Assembly: GCA_042408665.1 (NCBI GenBank)
Contig: JBHOQW010000106.1
Span: 8,868 to 72,867 of the forward strand
From: Dehalococcoidia bacterium
Lineage (GTDB): Bacteria > Chloroflexota > Dehalococcoidia > CAUJGQ01
Reading direction: 5' to 3'
DNA: 64,000 nt
Shown here: positions 1-10,264 of the stretch, in pieces
Layout of the letters: each line of letters starts with the position of its first letter
Position numbering within the stretch: position 1 is the stretch's first letter
Translations under genes and position numbers: made by a program
The notes under the pieces: generated by a model
The model's input: the letters and a program-made list of their open reading frames with translations, nothing else
The model's database searches: none
What the model was told of the DNA's origin: nothing

Positions 1-116
1 GACTACCACGCCATGGAGCGGGAGGAGGAGACCGAGCCGGGGGATATCCCGCTCCCCAATGACGTGGTGGACGCGTTCATGGAGCTGGGTCGGGGCCGGC
101 CGGGGTATCAGCGCTG
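1..116 (+). CDS. 3' end of an unidentified CDS entering from the left edge (...DVVDAFMELGRGRPGYQR*)
   Basis: Frame is open from base 1 to TGA at 114-116 with G/C-rich third positions. Only 38 aa are visible and no family was recognised. Confidence 0.3.
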
Positions 117-268
117 AGCAGTGAGCGCCGCGCGCCGCGCATGACGCCCATCGGGCGGGCGGTAGCGCGACGGGCGCGCACTTGGCCGGCTCCGTGCTCA
201 CCGTGGCGCGTAGCGTGTGGCGCTCAGGACGGGTTGCCCCCAGCATCGAGTGCAGGCAGGAGGCGTAC

Positions 269-709
269 ATGCCGTGGGATGCCCGGCGGATCCTTGCCAC
301 CTTGCCCCACCGCTATCCGTTCCTGCTGGTGGACCGCATCGTCGAGGTCACGGACACCGGCGCCGTGGGGCTGAAGCATGTGTCCTTCAACGAGTGGTTC
401 TTCCAGGGTCACTTCCCGGGCCATCCGATCATGCCCGGCGTGTTGATCATCGAGGCGTTGGCGCAGGTGGGGGCGGTGGCGCTCCTCAGCCGGCCGGAGC
501 ACGAGGGCAAGATCCCGTTCTTTGCCGGCATCGACGGCGCCCGGTTCCGGCGGCCGGTGGGTCCCGGCGACACCCTGCGCCTGGAGGTCGAGCTGACGCG
601 CCTGCGCGGCAACGTGGGCAAGGGCAAGGGGCGGGCGCTGGTGGACGGTCAGCTCGCCGCGGAGGCGGAGCTGATGTTCGCGCTGGGTCAGCCGCAGGCC
701 AGTCATTGA
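269..709 (+). CDS. fabZ: 3-hydroxyacyl-ACP dehydratase FabZ
   Basis: ORF 182..709 carries the hot-dog signature [12 protein letters not shown]...[23 protein letters not shown]. Start moved to ATG 269, which is preceded by GCAGGAGG. Confidence 0.9.
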   Translation: MPWDARRILATLPHRYPFLLVDRIVEVTDTGAVGLKHVSFNEWFFQGHFPGHPIMPGVLIIEALAQVGAVALLSRPEHEGKIPFFAGIDGARFRRPVGPGDTLRLEVELTRLRGNVGKGKGRALVDGQLAAEAELMFALGQPQASH

Positions 710-731
710 GCGGCAGTCACCGATCCACGGC

Positions 732-998
732 TCAGCCCACGACCACCCACAGCACCAGCAGCAGGGCGATGATGATCGCAGTGAGGATGGCGATGCGCCG
801 CAGCTCGCCCGCCACGTAGCCGTAGTCGGTCATGGTGATCTTGGTGGTGGCCGAGGCGGCCGAGGTGGGCGCCGACTCCACGCGTGGAGTCGGCGCGGTC
901 GGGGTTGCGACCGATGTGGAGCCCGCGCCCGCGGCGGATGTTGCCTCGCGGTGTCTCACGGCAGTGCGGGAACGGGTGGGACGCGTGCGCTTGGCCAC
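732..998 (-). CDS. small hypothetical protein with a basic, Ala/Thr/Pro-rich N-terminus and a single C-terminal TM helix
   Basis: 88-aa ORF with a GTG start and GGAG about 6 nt upstream. GC3 is high. The C-terminus reads RRIAILTAIIIALLLVLWVVVG. Confidence 0.45.
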   Translation of the reverse strand: MAKRTRPTRSRTAVRHREATSAAGAGSTSVATPTAPTPRVESAPTSAASATTKITMTDYGYVAGELRRIAILTAIIIALLLVLWVVVG

Positions 999-1081
999 GT
1001 GGCACTCCGCGGACGGGATGGCTCAAGGCGGGCCAGTCCCCTGTGAGTATAGCGGGGTGGCGGCGGTCCGGTCCAGTCGCG

Positions 1082-1111
1082 TTGACAGAGGCAGGAGCGC
1101 CTGTCTAGAAT
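1082..1111 (+). promoter_or_regulatory. sigma-70-type promoter for tRNA-Asp (TTGACA-N18-TAGAAT)
   Basis: TTGACA at 1082-1087 and TAGAAT at 1106-1111, about 40 nt upstream of the tRNA 5' end. Confidence 0.55.
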
Positions 1112-1150
1112 GAGAGTGTCGGCGCGCACGCATGCGGCGCGCTGCCTCCC

Positions 1151-1224
1151 GGCCCCGTGGTGTAGCGGTCTAACATGCCACCCTGTCACGGTGGAGATCG
1201 TGGGTTCGAATCCCATCGGGGTCG
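1151..1224 (+). tRNA. tRNA-Asp (anticodon GTC)
   Basis: Cloverleaf read by hand. Acceptor stem GGCCCCG/CGGGGTC, anticodon arm CCACC-CTGTCAC-GGTGG, T-arm GTGGG-TTCGAAT-CCCAT, discriminator G. CCA is not encoded. Confidence 0.93.
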
Positions 1225-1251
1225 CCGAGCGTTCCGGCTGATGCGTTGCGC

Positions 1252-1280
1252 AAGCGCCCCGGCACGCCGGGGCGCTTCTG
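1252..1280 (+). terminator. GC-rich hairpin downstream of tRNA-Asp (AAGCGCCCCGG-cacg-CCGGGGCGCTT, then TCTG)
   Basis: Perfect 11-bp stem at 1252-1262/1267-1277 followed by a short T-containing tail. The U-tract is weak. Confidence 0.45.
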
Positions 1281-1502
1281 GTGCGCCCCTCGGCGCTTCT
1301 CGCTTCCCACCCCGGCTCGGCCGCCCCGGCTTGCCGGGGCCGGAACATTGCCGTTCTCGCTCGTTTCCCTGGGTTCTTCTAAATACCCAACATGTAGGAT
1401 ACGACCGCTGACTGCCATCCCCTACCGTTGGTGTGAATGCACCGCCATCGCTCGCACGCTGAGCGGACGATGGGTGCGGTGCGCTGGCGGGAGGAGATTG
1501 TC

Positions 1503-2024
1503 ATGCGCAGCACGTTTTCGATCTTTGGTCATCCGCTCCACCCCATGCTGGTCGTGCTGCCCGTCGGTCTGTTCGTTTGGACGCTGGTCGCCGACTTGGT
1601 GTACGCCACCGATAAAACCGGCCGCAGCGAGTGGTACAGCATCGCCTTCTGGACCGGTATCGCCGCCATTGTGACGGCGCTGGTCGCCGCGCTGCCGGGG
1701 TTCGGCGATTACCTAACCATGGCCGTGCGCAGCGACGCCCGTGGCATCGCTACGATCCATATGCTGCTCAACCTGGCGGTGGTCGCCCTGTACTTCCTTG
1801 CCATGCTGCTCATGCTCGACGACGGCGCCCGTACCGGCGGCCGCCTGACCATGGTCGTCGTGCTGCACCTGGTCGGCACCGGCCTGTTGGCTCTGTCGGG
1901 GTGGCTCGGCGGTGAGATGGCGTATCGGTACCATCTCGCCGTTATCCCCGATTCGGCCGAGCTGGAACGCCTGGAACACGCCCGCCACGAACTGCAGCCG
2001 GCCGCAGGGCGCCCAAGACACTAA
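1503..2024 (+). CDS. DUF2231-like integral membrane protein
   Basis: ORF 1437..2024. N-terminal FGHPLHPMLVVLPVGLF motif and 4-5 hydrophobic helices. ATG 1503 is preceded by GGGAGGAG. Confidence 0.75.
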   Translation: MRSTFSIFGHPLHPMLVVLPVGLFVWTLVADLVYATDKTGRSEWYSIAFWTGIAAIVTALVAALPGFGDYLTMAVRSDARGIATIHMLLNLAVVALYFLAMLLMLDDGARTGGRLTMVVVLHLVGTGLLALSGWLGGEMAYRYHLAVIPDSAELERLEHARHELQPAAGRPRH

Positions 2025-2206
2025 GATGGCGAACGGCGCCTGCATCGCGCCGCACGTCGCCCTACCCCTCCTCCGCCACGTCGCCATCGCGGGCTTCGGC
2101 TGAGCTCGCCCCTTTGTGACCCAACGATCACAAGCGGCGCGCCTCGCGCTGACGCCGCACCATCCTCACAGGGGCTTGCCGCCGTGTCCGTTGGCACGCG
2201 AACGCC

Positions 2207-2689
2207 TCAGCGCGGTGGGGTCCTGGGCGCCGCGCCCCCGCTCCCAGCCCCCATCCCGCGCCGCGCCCGAGCCGCCTCGTGCGCTTCCTGCGTCGCCGGC
2301 CGAACGGGATGGCCCTGGTTGCCGACCCGTTCACCGTAGCCGGGCCCGATCGTCGTAAGGGTGAGCCGTGCCGAACGCGCCTGCGCGGCAATCGGCAGGG
2401 CGACAACGAGCACTCCGTTCCGGTAGGTGACGTTGGCCAACTCCCCGTTGACCACAGCCGGCAACTCCACCTCGCGGTGGTACGGGCCAACATGCCACTC
2501 TTCAGCCAGCACCTGCTTATCGCCCTTGAGCGTGGCGCGCAGGTCCGCGTGCAGCACCGCACGACCGTCGGCCACTTCAACCCGGATGTCCTCCGGCTCC
2601 GCGCCGGGCATCGGCGCGGCAATGGTGAGCCGCTCAGCGCTGCGATACATCGTCACCGGTACATGCTGAGGTGTGATGTCTGTCTGCAT
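2207..2689 (-). CDS. Hsp20/alpha-crystallin family small heat-shock protein
   Basis: 160-aa ORF with alpha-crystallin-type segments (ERLTIAAPMPGAEPEDIRVEV...YHREVELPAVVNGELANVTYRNGVLVVALP). Confidence 0.85.
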   Translation of the reverse strand: MQTDITPQHVPVTMYRSAERLTIAAPMPGAEPEDIRVEVADGRAVLHADLRATLKGDKQVLAEEWHVGPYHREVELPAVVNGELANVTYRNGVLVVALPIAAQARSARLTLTTIGPGYGERVGNQGHPVRPATQEAHEAARARRGMGAGSGGAAPRTPPR

Positions 2690-2809
2690 CGATCATCCTC
2701 CCTGCCACGGTGTACAGGGAACGCACCATCCGGGATATGCCCAGAAAGGGGTAGAGCGAGGGCCACGGCCACCCGCAGCGACCTGATCGGCACGTGCCAG
2801 ACGGTGTCG

Positions 2810-4171
2810 TCAGGGCAGGGCATAGGTCCAGTCCGGCTGCTTGAGGACGTAGGTCTGGTCGTACAGAAACCCCTGGCCAGGCACATAGTCCACCATCTTC
2901 GGCACGATCAGGGCGTGGTCCAGCGGGCATGTACCGTGCAGGTGCGCCTCGAACTCCTCCGGGAACGCCGCCAGGACGCTCTGCGTCACCAGCGACTGCG
3001 AGGTCGCCAGGTAACAACGCGCGGCGTTGGTCACCCAGGAGGACGCCGCATGCATCTCCGCCAGGTGATGGGGCTCAGCCTCACCGGCGAGCAATCGCTC
3101 CAAGCGCTCGGTGATCCAGCGCCCGCCCGTTTTACACGGCGGGCACTGATTACAGGACTCGATATACAGGAAGCGGGCGAAGGTGTAGAGCACCTGGACC
3201 ATGCAGCGGCTGTCGTCATAGACGACGAAGCCGGCGGAGCCGAGGCCCGAACCGGCCCGGCGCATGGCGCCGAACTCGAGCGGCGTATCGAGCTGCGCCG
3301 CGGTAAGCACGGCGCTCGCGCCGGGCAGGACCGCTTTGACCCGCCGTCCCGGCGGCGGTCCCCCGGCGATTTCGTCGATGAGCTGGCGCAGCGTGAGCCC
3401 CAGGGGTAGCTCCTCCACCACCGGCCGCTGCACATCCCCGGACACGGTGAAGATCATCGTCCCCGGCGTGTCATCGGTGCCGAAAGAGCGGAACCAGTCG
3501 GCACCATGGCGCACGATGTGGGTCACATGCGCCAGCGTCTCCACGTTGTTGACTACGGTGGGGTTGTGCAGGGCCTCACTGGGACCGCCGTACGCCCCGC
3601 CGAACAACCCGTGAATGTACGGCGGCAGCACCCGTGGCAATGGCAGCCCGCCCTCGATCACTTCCAGCAGGGCCTTCTCCTCCCCGAACAGGTACTCGTC
3701 CGGCCCGAGCACCAGCTCGATGTTGTCGGCGATGGCCGTGCGGGCGCGCAGTTCGTCCAGCGCCCGCTGCACGGCCACCACCTCCGGCTCAGCCAGGCGC
3801 TTGAGGCACAGGTAGGCACTCCGCGCGCCGAGCACGTGGGCGCCGATGGCCAGCCCCTCGATCACTTGATACGGGTTCATGCGCAACAGCCAGCGGTCTT
3901 TGAAGGTACCCGGCTCACCCTCCGCGCCGTTGCCGCAGATATACTTGGTGGTCGCCGGATCGTGACGGACTGTCGTCCATTTGACGGCGGTGGGGAAACC
4001 GGCGCCGCCGCGGCCGCGCAGGCCCGCCCGCCGGATCTCGTCGATCACCGCTTCCGGCCCGCGCCGGCGAGCCCGTTCATACGCCTCGCCGCCACCGCGG
4101 GCGAGATAGGCGTCCAGGGACGCTACCGGCCCGTTCTCGGGAAGGAGAACACGAGCGGACTGTGTGGCCAT
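2810..4171 (-). CDS. NuoF-like NADH dehydrogenase flavoprotein (51-kDa subunit) paralogue, orphan
   Basis: ORF 2810..4642 trimmed to ATG 4171 (GAGGGGA upstream). Motifs: GLRGRGGAGFPTAVKW (FMN), GEPGTFKD, YLFGEEKAL, ESCNQCPPCKTG (4Fe-4S). Confidence 0.85.
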   Translation of the reverse strand: MATQSARVLLPENGPVASLDAYLARGGGEAYERARRRGPEAVIDEIRRAGLRGRGGAGFPTAVKWTTVRHDPATTKYICGNGAEGEPGTFKDRWLLRMNPYQVIEGLAIGAHVLGARSAYLCLKRLAEPEVVAVQRALDELRARTAIADNIELVLGPDEYLFGEEKALLEVIEGGLPLPRVLPPYIHGLFGGAYGGPSEALHNPTVVNNVETLAHVTHIVRHGADWFRSFGTDDTPGTMIFTVSGDVQRPVVEELPLGLTLRQLIDEIAGGPPPGRRVKAVLPGASAVLTAAQLDTPLEFGAMRRAGSGLGSAGFVVYDDSRCMVQVLYTFARFLYIESCNQCPPCKTGGRWITERLERLLAGEAEPHHLAEMHAASSWVTNAARCYLATSQSLVTQSVLAAFPEEFEAHLHGTCPLDHALIVPKMVDYVPGQGFLYDQTYVLKQPDWTYALP

Positions 4172-4290
4172 GGTGGTCCCCTCACGGTTTCTCGTCTTGT
4201 CGTCGCTCCGACCATCCGCCCCGCCCCTTCTGCACCGTTGTCCCGCCTCCCCCACCGCGGTGTCGGGCACGTCCGGGACGCGGCCGCGGT

Positions 4291-5736
4291 TCACGTGAGC
4301 ATGGTGGTGAACCGCTCGATGAGATCGATGAGCGGACCAGGATACACCCCCAGCCCGATCATCAGCAGCGTCAGGACCGCCAGGAGCGCGGCACCGGCCC
4401 GACCGCGGGACCGGACAAGGGCGGGCACCTCCGCCGCAGGCGGCGCGGCCACGTACATGGCCGAGACGATGCGCAGGTAGTAGAACAGGCCGACGACGCT
4501 GGCCACGATGAGAACGATCACCGGCAGCCACAACCCGGCCTCGGCCCCGGCCGCCACCAGGTACACCTTGCCCACGAACCCGGCCAGGAATGGGATACCG
4601 GCCAGCGACAGCAGGGCGGCGGTGAAGGCGCCGGCCAGCCACGGCCGCCGGGCATACAGCCCTTCGTAGTCCGCCAGGTTATCGGCGTCCCGCGCCGGCG
4701 GCGACAGCACGCTCACCACCCCGAACGCGGTCAGACTCGCGGCGAAGTACACGACCAGGTAAAAGGTCAGCGCGGTGCGGGCGAGGTTGCCCCCGGCCAG
4801 GTAAGGCACCAGCAGGAAACCGAGATGCGCGATCGAGGAATAGGCGAGGATGCGCTTGACGTTGCCCTGCAAGAGCGCCAGCAGATTGCCCACCAGCATC
4901 GATGCCACCGCGATAACGACAAACCCCCAGTACAGCGCCGCATCGGCATTGAGATCGATCGCCGTCGACAGACGCAACAAGAGCGCCAACATAGCACCTT
5001 TGGACACCGTGGCGATGAAACCGGCCACCGGCGCGGGCGCACCCTCGTAGACATCCGGCGTCCACAGGTGAAACGGCACCACCGCCAGCTTGAAGCCGAT
5101 GCCAACCACGACCATCCCCAGCCCGGCCAGCAGCACGCGGTGGGCGGCGGTGTCCAGGCCGGCGCGCGCGGCGGCGATGCGCGGGAACTCCATCGTCCCC
5201 GCCTCCGCGTACACCAGCGCCATTCCGAACAGCAGGAACGCGGCCGATGCCGCCGCCAGCACCAGGTACTTCAGCCCGGCCTCGATGTGCCCGTGCCGCA
5301 CCTGCGGGTAGGCGATGAGGGTGTACAGCGAAACGGTCAGCACCTCCAGCCCCAGGAACAACGCGGCGAAGTGCCGGGCGACGACCAGCACCGTCCCGCC
5401 CAGCGTCGCCAGCAGGAGCAGCAGGTAGAACTCCTCCGGATCCACCTCGCGTGCATCCAGGTACCCGTGGGCCAGCACCGCCACCGCGACCGCTGCGATG
5501 ATCAGGAGTCCTATGTAGAACAACGCGTAGCGGTCGAACACCAGCAGCACCGTCACCTGCCGCTGTCCCATACGCGCCGAGAGCGGTAGCGTGAGCAGGG
5601 CACTCATCAGCCCGGCCATGGCCACGCCGAACGCCGTCGTGTGGTGGCGGCGCATGGCGATGAGCAGCAGGAGCGCCACCGCCGCTCCAGCGAGCAGGGT
5701 CATCGGCGTCAGGGTGATCAGCTCAGCGCGGGTCAT
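4291..5736 (-). CDS. nuoN: NADH-quinone oxidoreductase subunit N
   Basis: 481-aa polytopic antiporter-like protein in the last position of the nuo operon. Confidence 0.92.
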   Translation of the reverse strand: MTRAELITLTPMTLLAGAAVALLLLIAMRRHHTTAFGVAMAGLMSALLTLPLSARMGQRQVTVLLVFDRYALFYIGLLIIAAVAVAVLAHGYLDAREVDPEEFYLLLLLATLGGTVLVVARHFAALFLGLEVLTVSLYTLIAYPQVRHGHIEAGLKYLVLAAASAAFLLFGMALVYAEAGTMEFPRIAAARAGLDTAAHRVLLAGLGMVVVGIGFKLAVVPFHLWTPDVYEGAPAPVAGFIATVSKGAMLALLLRLSTAIDLNADAALYWGFVVIAVASMLVGNLLALLQGNVKRILAYSSIAHLGFLLVPYLAGGNLARTALTFYLVVYFAASLTAFGVVSVLSPPARDADNLADYEGLYARRPWLAGAFTAALLSLAGIPFLAGFVGKVYLVAAGAEAGLWLPVIVLIVASVVGLFYYLRIVSAMYVAAPPAAEVPALVRSRGRAGAALLAVLTLLMIGLGVYPGPLIDLIERFTTMLT

Positions 5737-7381
5737 TGGCCTCCCGCTCCATCGTTTGTGTCACAGCGTCCCGGCCGCAGCGGTTTGCCGTCGTCGGCGC
5801 CCAGGGGCTCCATGCCCACACCCCCGGTCCGCCGTTGTCCGGTCGCTCGGCCGACGCCGCTGCGGTGCGCCCCGCGCGCGTCGGTGGGGCGGTTGAGGCG
5901 GCCGCGCGCGGGGCAATGCGCTCCAGCGCGCGCAGGCCGCTGCCGGCCGCCTCCAGCACGGGGCGCGGGTAGAGTCCGATCCACACCAGGGCAGCGATCG
6001 TGGCGGCGAAGGTTACCAGCTCCCGTGCCGAGAGGTCGGGCACGCGCCAGCCCTCCCGGTTGGGGCCGTGAAACACCACCTGTACCAGCCACAGTGCGTA
6101 CACCGTCGCGGTGACGATGCCCAACGACGCCACCGCGGTGAGCGCCGCGTTCTCACGGAAGCTGCCGAACAGCACCAGGAACTCGCCCACGAACGTGGCC
6201 AGACCCGGCAGCCCCAGGGCGGCCAGGGCCAAGACAAGCGCCACGCCGCCCATCCGCGGCGTCACCGTCCACAGGCCGGACATACGCCGGATGTCACGGG
6301 TGTGGAGTCGCTCCTGCAGGGCGCCCACCAGGATGAACAGACCACCGGTGGCCAGACCGTGGGCCAGGATCTCTACGACCGCCCCCTGCAGGGCAAGCTC
6401 ATTCCAGGCAAACACCCCTAGCAACACGAATCCCATGTGGCTGACGCTGGTGTAGGCCACCATCCGCTTGAGGTCGGTCTGACTGAAGGCCAACAGCGCG
6501 CCGTATAGGATGCCCACCACCGCCAGCAGCATGGCCAGCGGCGCCAGGTCGAAGGCGGCGCCGGGGAAGAGCGGCACCGCGAAGCGCAGCAGGCCATAGG
6601 CGCCGGTCTTCAGCATCAGGCCGGCCAGTACTACGCTGCCGGCGGTCGGCGCTTCGGTGTGGGCATCGGGCAACCAGGTATGCACAGGCACCGCCGGCAG
6701 CTTCACGGCAAAGGCGGCAACGAAACCGAGCAGGAGCAGCATCGCCGTGCGCGGCGACAGCGTTGTGCCCAGCAGGTCAGCGTATTCGAAGGTGTAGGTT
6801 CCGGTCTGACGCCCGTGGATGACGTACAGCGCCAGGATGGCGACAAGCATCAGTAAGCCACTGAGCTGGGTGAACAGGAAGAACTTCACCGCCGCGTAGA
6901 CCCGGTTCTCGTGACCCCAGATGGCGATGAGGAAGTACATGGGGATAAGCATCATCTCCCAGAAGAAAGCGAACAGGAACAGGTCCAGCGCCAGGAACAC
7001 GCCCACAATCGCCGCCAGCACCCACAACAACTGAAAGTGGAAAAGGCCGACCCGCTCCCGGATGTCGGTCCACGAGGCGAGCACGGCCGTGATCCCCAGA
7101 AACGACGTCAGCGCCAGAAGCATCAGGCTGAGACCGTCCATCGCCAGGTGAAGGCGAATTCCCAGTTGCGGGATCCAGGCGCGGTTGAAGTCCTCCAACC
7201 ACGGCCCGCGGCCGGTGAGCGTCAAGTCTTGCCCATGCGCCAACCACAGGCCGATCGTCAGACCAAGCTCGACGGCCAGCGTCATGAGCGCCACCCACCG
7301 CGGCCAGCGCGTCTCACGCCGACCAAGCAGCCAGGCCAGCAGCCCGCCGGCAAACGGTAGCGCGATCAGCAGCAGGATCAT
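5723..7381 (-). CDS. nuoM: NADH-quinone oxidoreductase subunit M
   Basis: 552-aa antiporter-like subunit between nuoL and nuoN. It has an unusual non-hydrophobic C-terminal tail of about 60-70 aa that overlaps the nuoN start by 14 nt. Confidence 0.9.
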   Translation of the reverse strand: MILLLIALPFAGGLLAWLLGRRETRWPRWVALMTLAVELGLTIGLWLAHGQDLTLTGRGPWLEDFNRAWIPQLGIRLHLAMDGLSLMLLALTSFLGITAVLASWTDIRERVGLFHFQLLWVLAAIVGVFLALDLFLFAFFWEMMLIPMYFLIAIWGHENRVYAAVKFFLFTQLSGLLMLVAILALYVIHGRQTGTYTFEYADLLGTTLSPRTAMLLLLGFVAAFAVKLPAVPVHTWLPDAHTEAPTAGSVVLAGLMLKTGAYGLLRFAVPLFPGAAFDLAPLAMLLAVVGILYGALLAFSQTDLKRMVAYTSVSHMGFVLLGVFAWNELALQGAVVEILAHGLATGGLFILVGALQERLHTRDIRRMSGLWTVTPRMGGVALVLALAALGLPGLATFVGEFLVLFGSFRENAALTAVASLGIVTATVYALWLVQVVFHGPNREGWRVPDLSARELVTFAATIAALVWIGLYPRPVLEAAGSGLRALERIAPRAAASTAPPTRAGRTAAASAERPDNGGPGVWAWSPWAPTTANRCGRDAVTQTMEREANDPR

Positions 7382-9270
7382 AAGACCACCGCCAGGAGCA
7401 GGATGCCCGCCGCGCCGGCTGCGATGCCGGCCGCGTACCAGCGCACCCGACCGCTCTGCGTCCGGCGCACCAGGCCGTACAGCGCCACGCCCAGCCAGGC
7501 GACGGCGCGATAGCCCAGGTCGATGAGGTCATCTCGGTCCACGCGCGCCAGCCACACGTACGGCGCGACGAAGAGCCGATCGTACAGCCAGTCGAAGCCC
7601 CAACCCGCCGACCACCAGCGGTGCACGGCTGCGCCAGCGGGCGTGGCCACCAGCCGCTCGACCAGCACACGACGCTGCAGGATGAACAGGTAGGCGAGGA
7701 ACACACCGATCAGCGACGCGGCCGCGGCGATCAGCGCGAACAACGCCTCGGTGGCCACCCCGTCCCGCACAAGGGTCGGCGCCGGCAACACGTGGTGCAG
7801 GACATCGCTGAACCAGGGCCGATTGCCCAGCCACGGCGGCAGCTCGACAAAGCCGATACCGACGGAGAACGCCGCCAGCACGACCAGCGGCACCGCGATG
7901 GCCGGACCGGGCCGGCGCTCCACCGGGCCGTGGGCCGGCCCGAAGAAGGTGAGAAAGACCATACGGAAGGTGTAGGTGGCGGTGATCAGCGCCCCGACCA
8001 ACCCGGCGGCCCACAGCACGGCGCCGCCCCGCTCTGACGCCCACGCCTCCCACAGGATCAGATCCTTGCTGTAGAAGCCGGCCGTCACGAGCGGTAGCGC
8101 GGCCAGCGCGGCAGCACCGATCAAGAACGTCCAGAAGACGAGCGGGAGCTGTCGCCTGAGTCCGCCCAGCCGGAACATGTCGTACTGGTGGTGCGCCGCC
8201 AGGCTCACCGCGCCGGCGCCCAGAAAGAGTAGCGCCTTGAAGAAGGCGTGAGTCATGAAGTGGAAGATGGCGGCCGACCAGGCGCCCACGCCCAGAGCCA
8301 GGAACATGTAGCCGATCTGGCTCATAGTGGAGTAGGCGAGCACGCGCTTGATATCACGCTGGGTAAGGGCGCTGCACCCGGCCAGTAGCAGGGTCAGCAC
8401 GCCGACCACGGCCACGGCGGTCATAGCAGCCGGCGCCAGCTCGAACAGGGCGTGCATCCGCGCGATGAGGTACACACCGGCGGTGACCATCGTGGCCGCG
8501 TGGATCAGCGCGCTCACCGGGGTGGGGCCGGCCATGGCGTCCGGCAGCCAGGTCTGCAACGGCACCTGGGCCGACTTGCCCACAGCGCCGCCCAGCACCA
8601 GCAACGCCACAACTACCGCGATGGTGGAGCCCTCCGGCCACTGCGCCGCGGCGCGGGCCGCGACGCTCGGGATGTGCAGCGTGCCCAGCCGGTCAAATAG
8701 CAAAAACAGCGCGACCGCCAGCGCCGTATCACCGACGCGGGTGACGATGAACGCCTTGCGCGCGGCGCGGCCGTTGGCCGGATCCTGGTACCAGAAGCCG
8801 ATCAGCAGGTAGCTGCACAGGCCCACGCCCTCCCAGCCTAGGTAGAGCAGGAGCAGGTTGTCGGCCAGCACGAGCGTGAGCATGAAGCCGACGAACAGGT
8901 TCATGTAGGCGAAGAAGCGGCTGTACCCTTCCTCCTCGGCCATGAACTCCGTGGAGTAGACGTGAATGAGGAAGCCGACGAGGGTGATGACCAACACCAT
9001 GACCAGCGACAGCGGGTCCAGGTAGAGGCCGATGCCGGGCGCGAACTCGCCCACCCGGATCCAGGTCCACAGCGTCTGGCCGGAAACGTAATCCGGGGGC
9101 GGGGAGGTGAGGAAGTCGACCCCTACCAGCGCGGCGAGTACGGCCGCCACGCCGATTGTGCTCGAGCCGATCACCGCCACCAGCCGCCGGGATAGGCGCG
9201 GACCGACCAGCGCCAGCAGGAGGGCGCCGGCATACGGCACGACCGGGATCAGCCACAGCAGACGGGTCAC
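7378..9270 (-). CDS. nuoL: NADH-quinone oxidoreductase subunit L
   Basis: 630-aa antiporter-like subunit ([19 protein letters not shown] motif). 4-nt overlap with nuoM. Confidence 0.93.
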   Translation of the reverse strand: MTRLLWLIPVVPYAGALLLALVGPRLSRRLVAVIGSSTIGVAAVLAALVGVDFLTSPPPDYVSGQTLWTWIRVGEFAPGIGLYLDPLSLVMVLVITLVGFLIHVYSTEFMAEEEGYSRFFAYMNLFVGFMLTLVLADNLLLLYLGWEGVGLCSYLLIGFWYQDPANGRAARKAFIVTRVGDTALAVALFLLFDRLGTLHIPSVAARAAAQWPEGSTIAVVVALLVLGGAVGKSAQVPLQTWLPDAMAGPTPVSALIHAATMVTAGVYLIARMHALFELAPAAMTAVAVVGVLTLLLAGCSALTQRDIKRVLAYSTMSQIGYMFLALGVGAWSAAIFHFMTHAFFKALLFLGAGAVSLAAHHQYDMFRLGGLRRQLPLVFWTFLIGAAALAALPLVTAGFYSKDLILWEAWASERGGAVLWAAGLVGALITATYTFRMVFLTFFGPAHGPVERRPGPAIAVPLVVLAAFSVGIGFVELPPWLGNRPWFSDVLHHVLPAPTLVRDGVATEALFALIAAAASLIGVFLAYLFILQRRVLVERLVATPAGAAVHRWWSAGWGFDWLYDRLFVAPYVWLARVDRDDLIDLGYRAVAWLGVALYGLVRRTQSGRVRWYAAGIAAGAAGILLLAVVL

Positions 9271-9271
9271 G

Positions 9272-9580
9272 TCAACCTCGCAGGGTGCGGGCGGCGTCCA
9301 CGTCCAGGGTCTTGAAGCGGTGATAGAGCTGGAGCACGAGCGCCAGCCCCACGGCCACCTCGGCGGCCGCCATGGTCAGGATGAACAGGAACATCACCTG
9401 GCCGTCTGGCTGCTCCCAGCGCGACCCGGCCACCACAAACGCCAGGCCGCTGGCGTTGAGCATGACCTCGATCGACATCAGCACAAAGAGCACGTTGCGG
9501 CGTACCAGGACGCCGATCAGCCCGAGCAGAAACAGCATCCCCGCTACCAGCAGCCCGGTTTCCATCGGTACCGTGGCCAT
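9272..9580 (-). CDS. nuoK: NADH-quinone oxidoreductase subunit K
   Basis: 102-aa protein with three TM helices, in the conserved position between nuoJ and nuoL. Confidence 0.92.
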   Translation of the reverse strand: MATVPMETGLLVAGMLFLLGLIGVLVRRNVLFVLMSIEVMLNASGLAFVVAGSRWEQPDGQVMFLFILTMAAAEVAVGLALVLQLYHRFKTLDVDAARTLRG

Positions 9581-9586
9581 GACCGC

Positions 9587-10237
9587 TCACCTCTGCGTCG
9601 TGGTGCCCGGCGCGCGTTCGGCCGCCTCCGCACCGGCCTCGGGCCGGCCCCCGGCCGGGGCGCGCGCCGTAGCTGGCATGGGCGCCCGCGCCTCTTCGTC
9701 CGATGGCGCCGTAGCCATGACCTCGGGTGGTTTGGGGGCACGGGCCGAGCGGCGCAGGCCGAGATGGTAGGCACCTACCAGTCCGGCCAGCAGCACCAGG
9801 GATGCCAGCTCCACCCCGAGGAGGTAGGCGCCGAACAGCGCCGCCCCCACCTCCTGCGGTCCCACCGGCCGCGCCGTGGCCGCCGGGCGGGTGGCGTGGC
9901 CGCTGAGCACGTAGACCAGCTCGGCGAGCAGGATCAGGGCCAGCACCCCCGGGCCGACCCACATGCGCGGGTTCAGCCACTGCCGCTCCTGCTGCACGGC
10001 CGCTGGACCGAGGTTGAGGATCATGACCACGAACACGAACAGCACCACGATGGCGCCGGCATAAATGATCACCTCCAGGGCGGCGACGAACGGCGCCCCC
10101 AACACGAAGAACATCAGCGCCACCGCCAGCAGCGACACGATGAGGTACAGCAGCGCGTGCACGGCGTGCACCGCGGTGATGACGGCCGCGGTGGCCGCGA
10201 CGGCGACGGCCGCCGACAGGTAAAAGACGACGTTCAC
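9587..10237 (-). CDS. nuoJ: NADH-quinone oxidoreductase subunit J
   Basis: 216-aa ORF with a NuoJ-like hydrophobic core, followed by an Ala/Pro/Arg-rich low-complexity C-terminal tail. Confidence 0.88.
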   Translation of the reverse strand: MNVVFYLSAAVAVAATAAVITAVHAVHALLYLIVSLLAVALMFFVLGAPFVAALEVIIYAGAIVVLFVFVVMILNLGPAAVQQERQWLNPRMWVGPGVLALILLAELVYVLSGHATRPAATARPVGPQEVGAALFGAYLLGVELASLVLLAGLVGAYHLGLRRSARAPKPPEVMATAPSDEEARAPMPATARAPAGGRPEAGAEAAERAPGTTTQR

Positions 10238-10264
10238 ATGCGGCCTCGCTGGTGGCCGGCCTTC

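Noticed and set aside
2114-2133. TTGTGA-N8-TCACAA inverted repeat resembling a CRP/FNR site.
   Set aside because: The spacer is 8 nt rather than the canonical 6 for TGTGA-N6-TCACA. The site lies between the 3' ends of two convergent genes, where a promoter operator makes little sense. The stem is too short and AT-rich to be a convincing terminator.
4172-4642. N-terminal extension of the NuoF-like ORF (2810..4642) that overlaps nuoN. Similar 5' extensions occur in the ORF track for the prolyl oligopeptidase, Ldh_2, cbiH, cbiF, cbiL, amt, M16 and other genes.
   Set aside because: The extensions are Arg/Gly/Pro-rich, overlap neighbouring genes and precede an internal start with a good Shine-Dalgarno site at which family homology begins.
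4162-5589. 475-aa plus-strand ORF rich in Arg/Gly/His/Gln, antisense to nuoN. Similar long antisense ORFs occur at 9107..10987, 15445..17127, 20218..21774, 23336..24547, 40580..41542, 41579..43135, 43702..44880, 46552..47955, 49041..50093 and 51590..52687.
   Set aside because: Each lies opposite a gene with unmistakable family motifs. The translations are low-complexity Arg/Gly/Pro/His strings with no motifs. Long shadow ORFs are expected in stop-poor GC-rich DNA.
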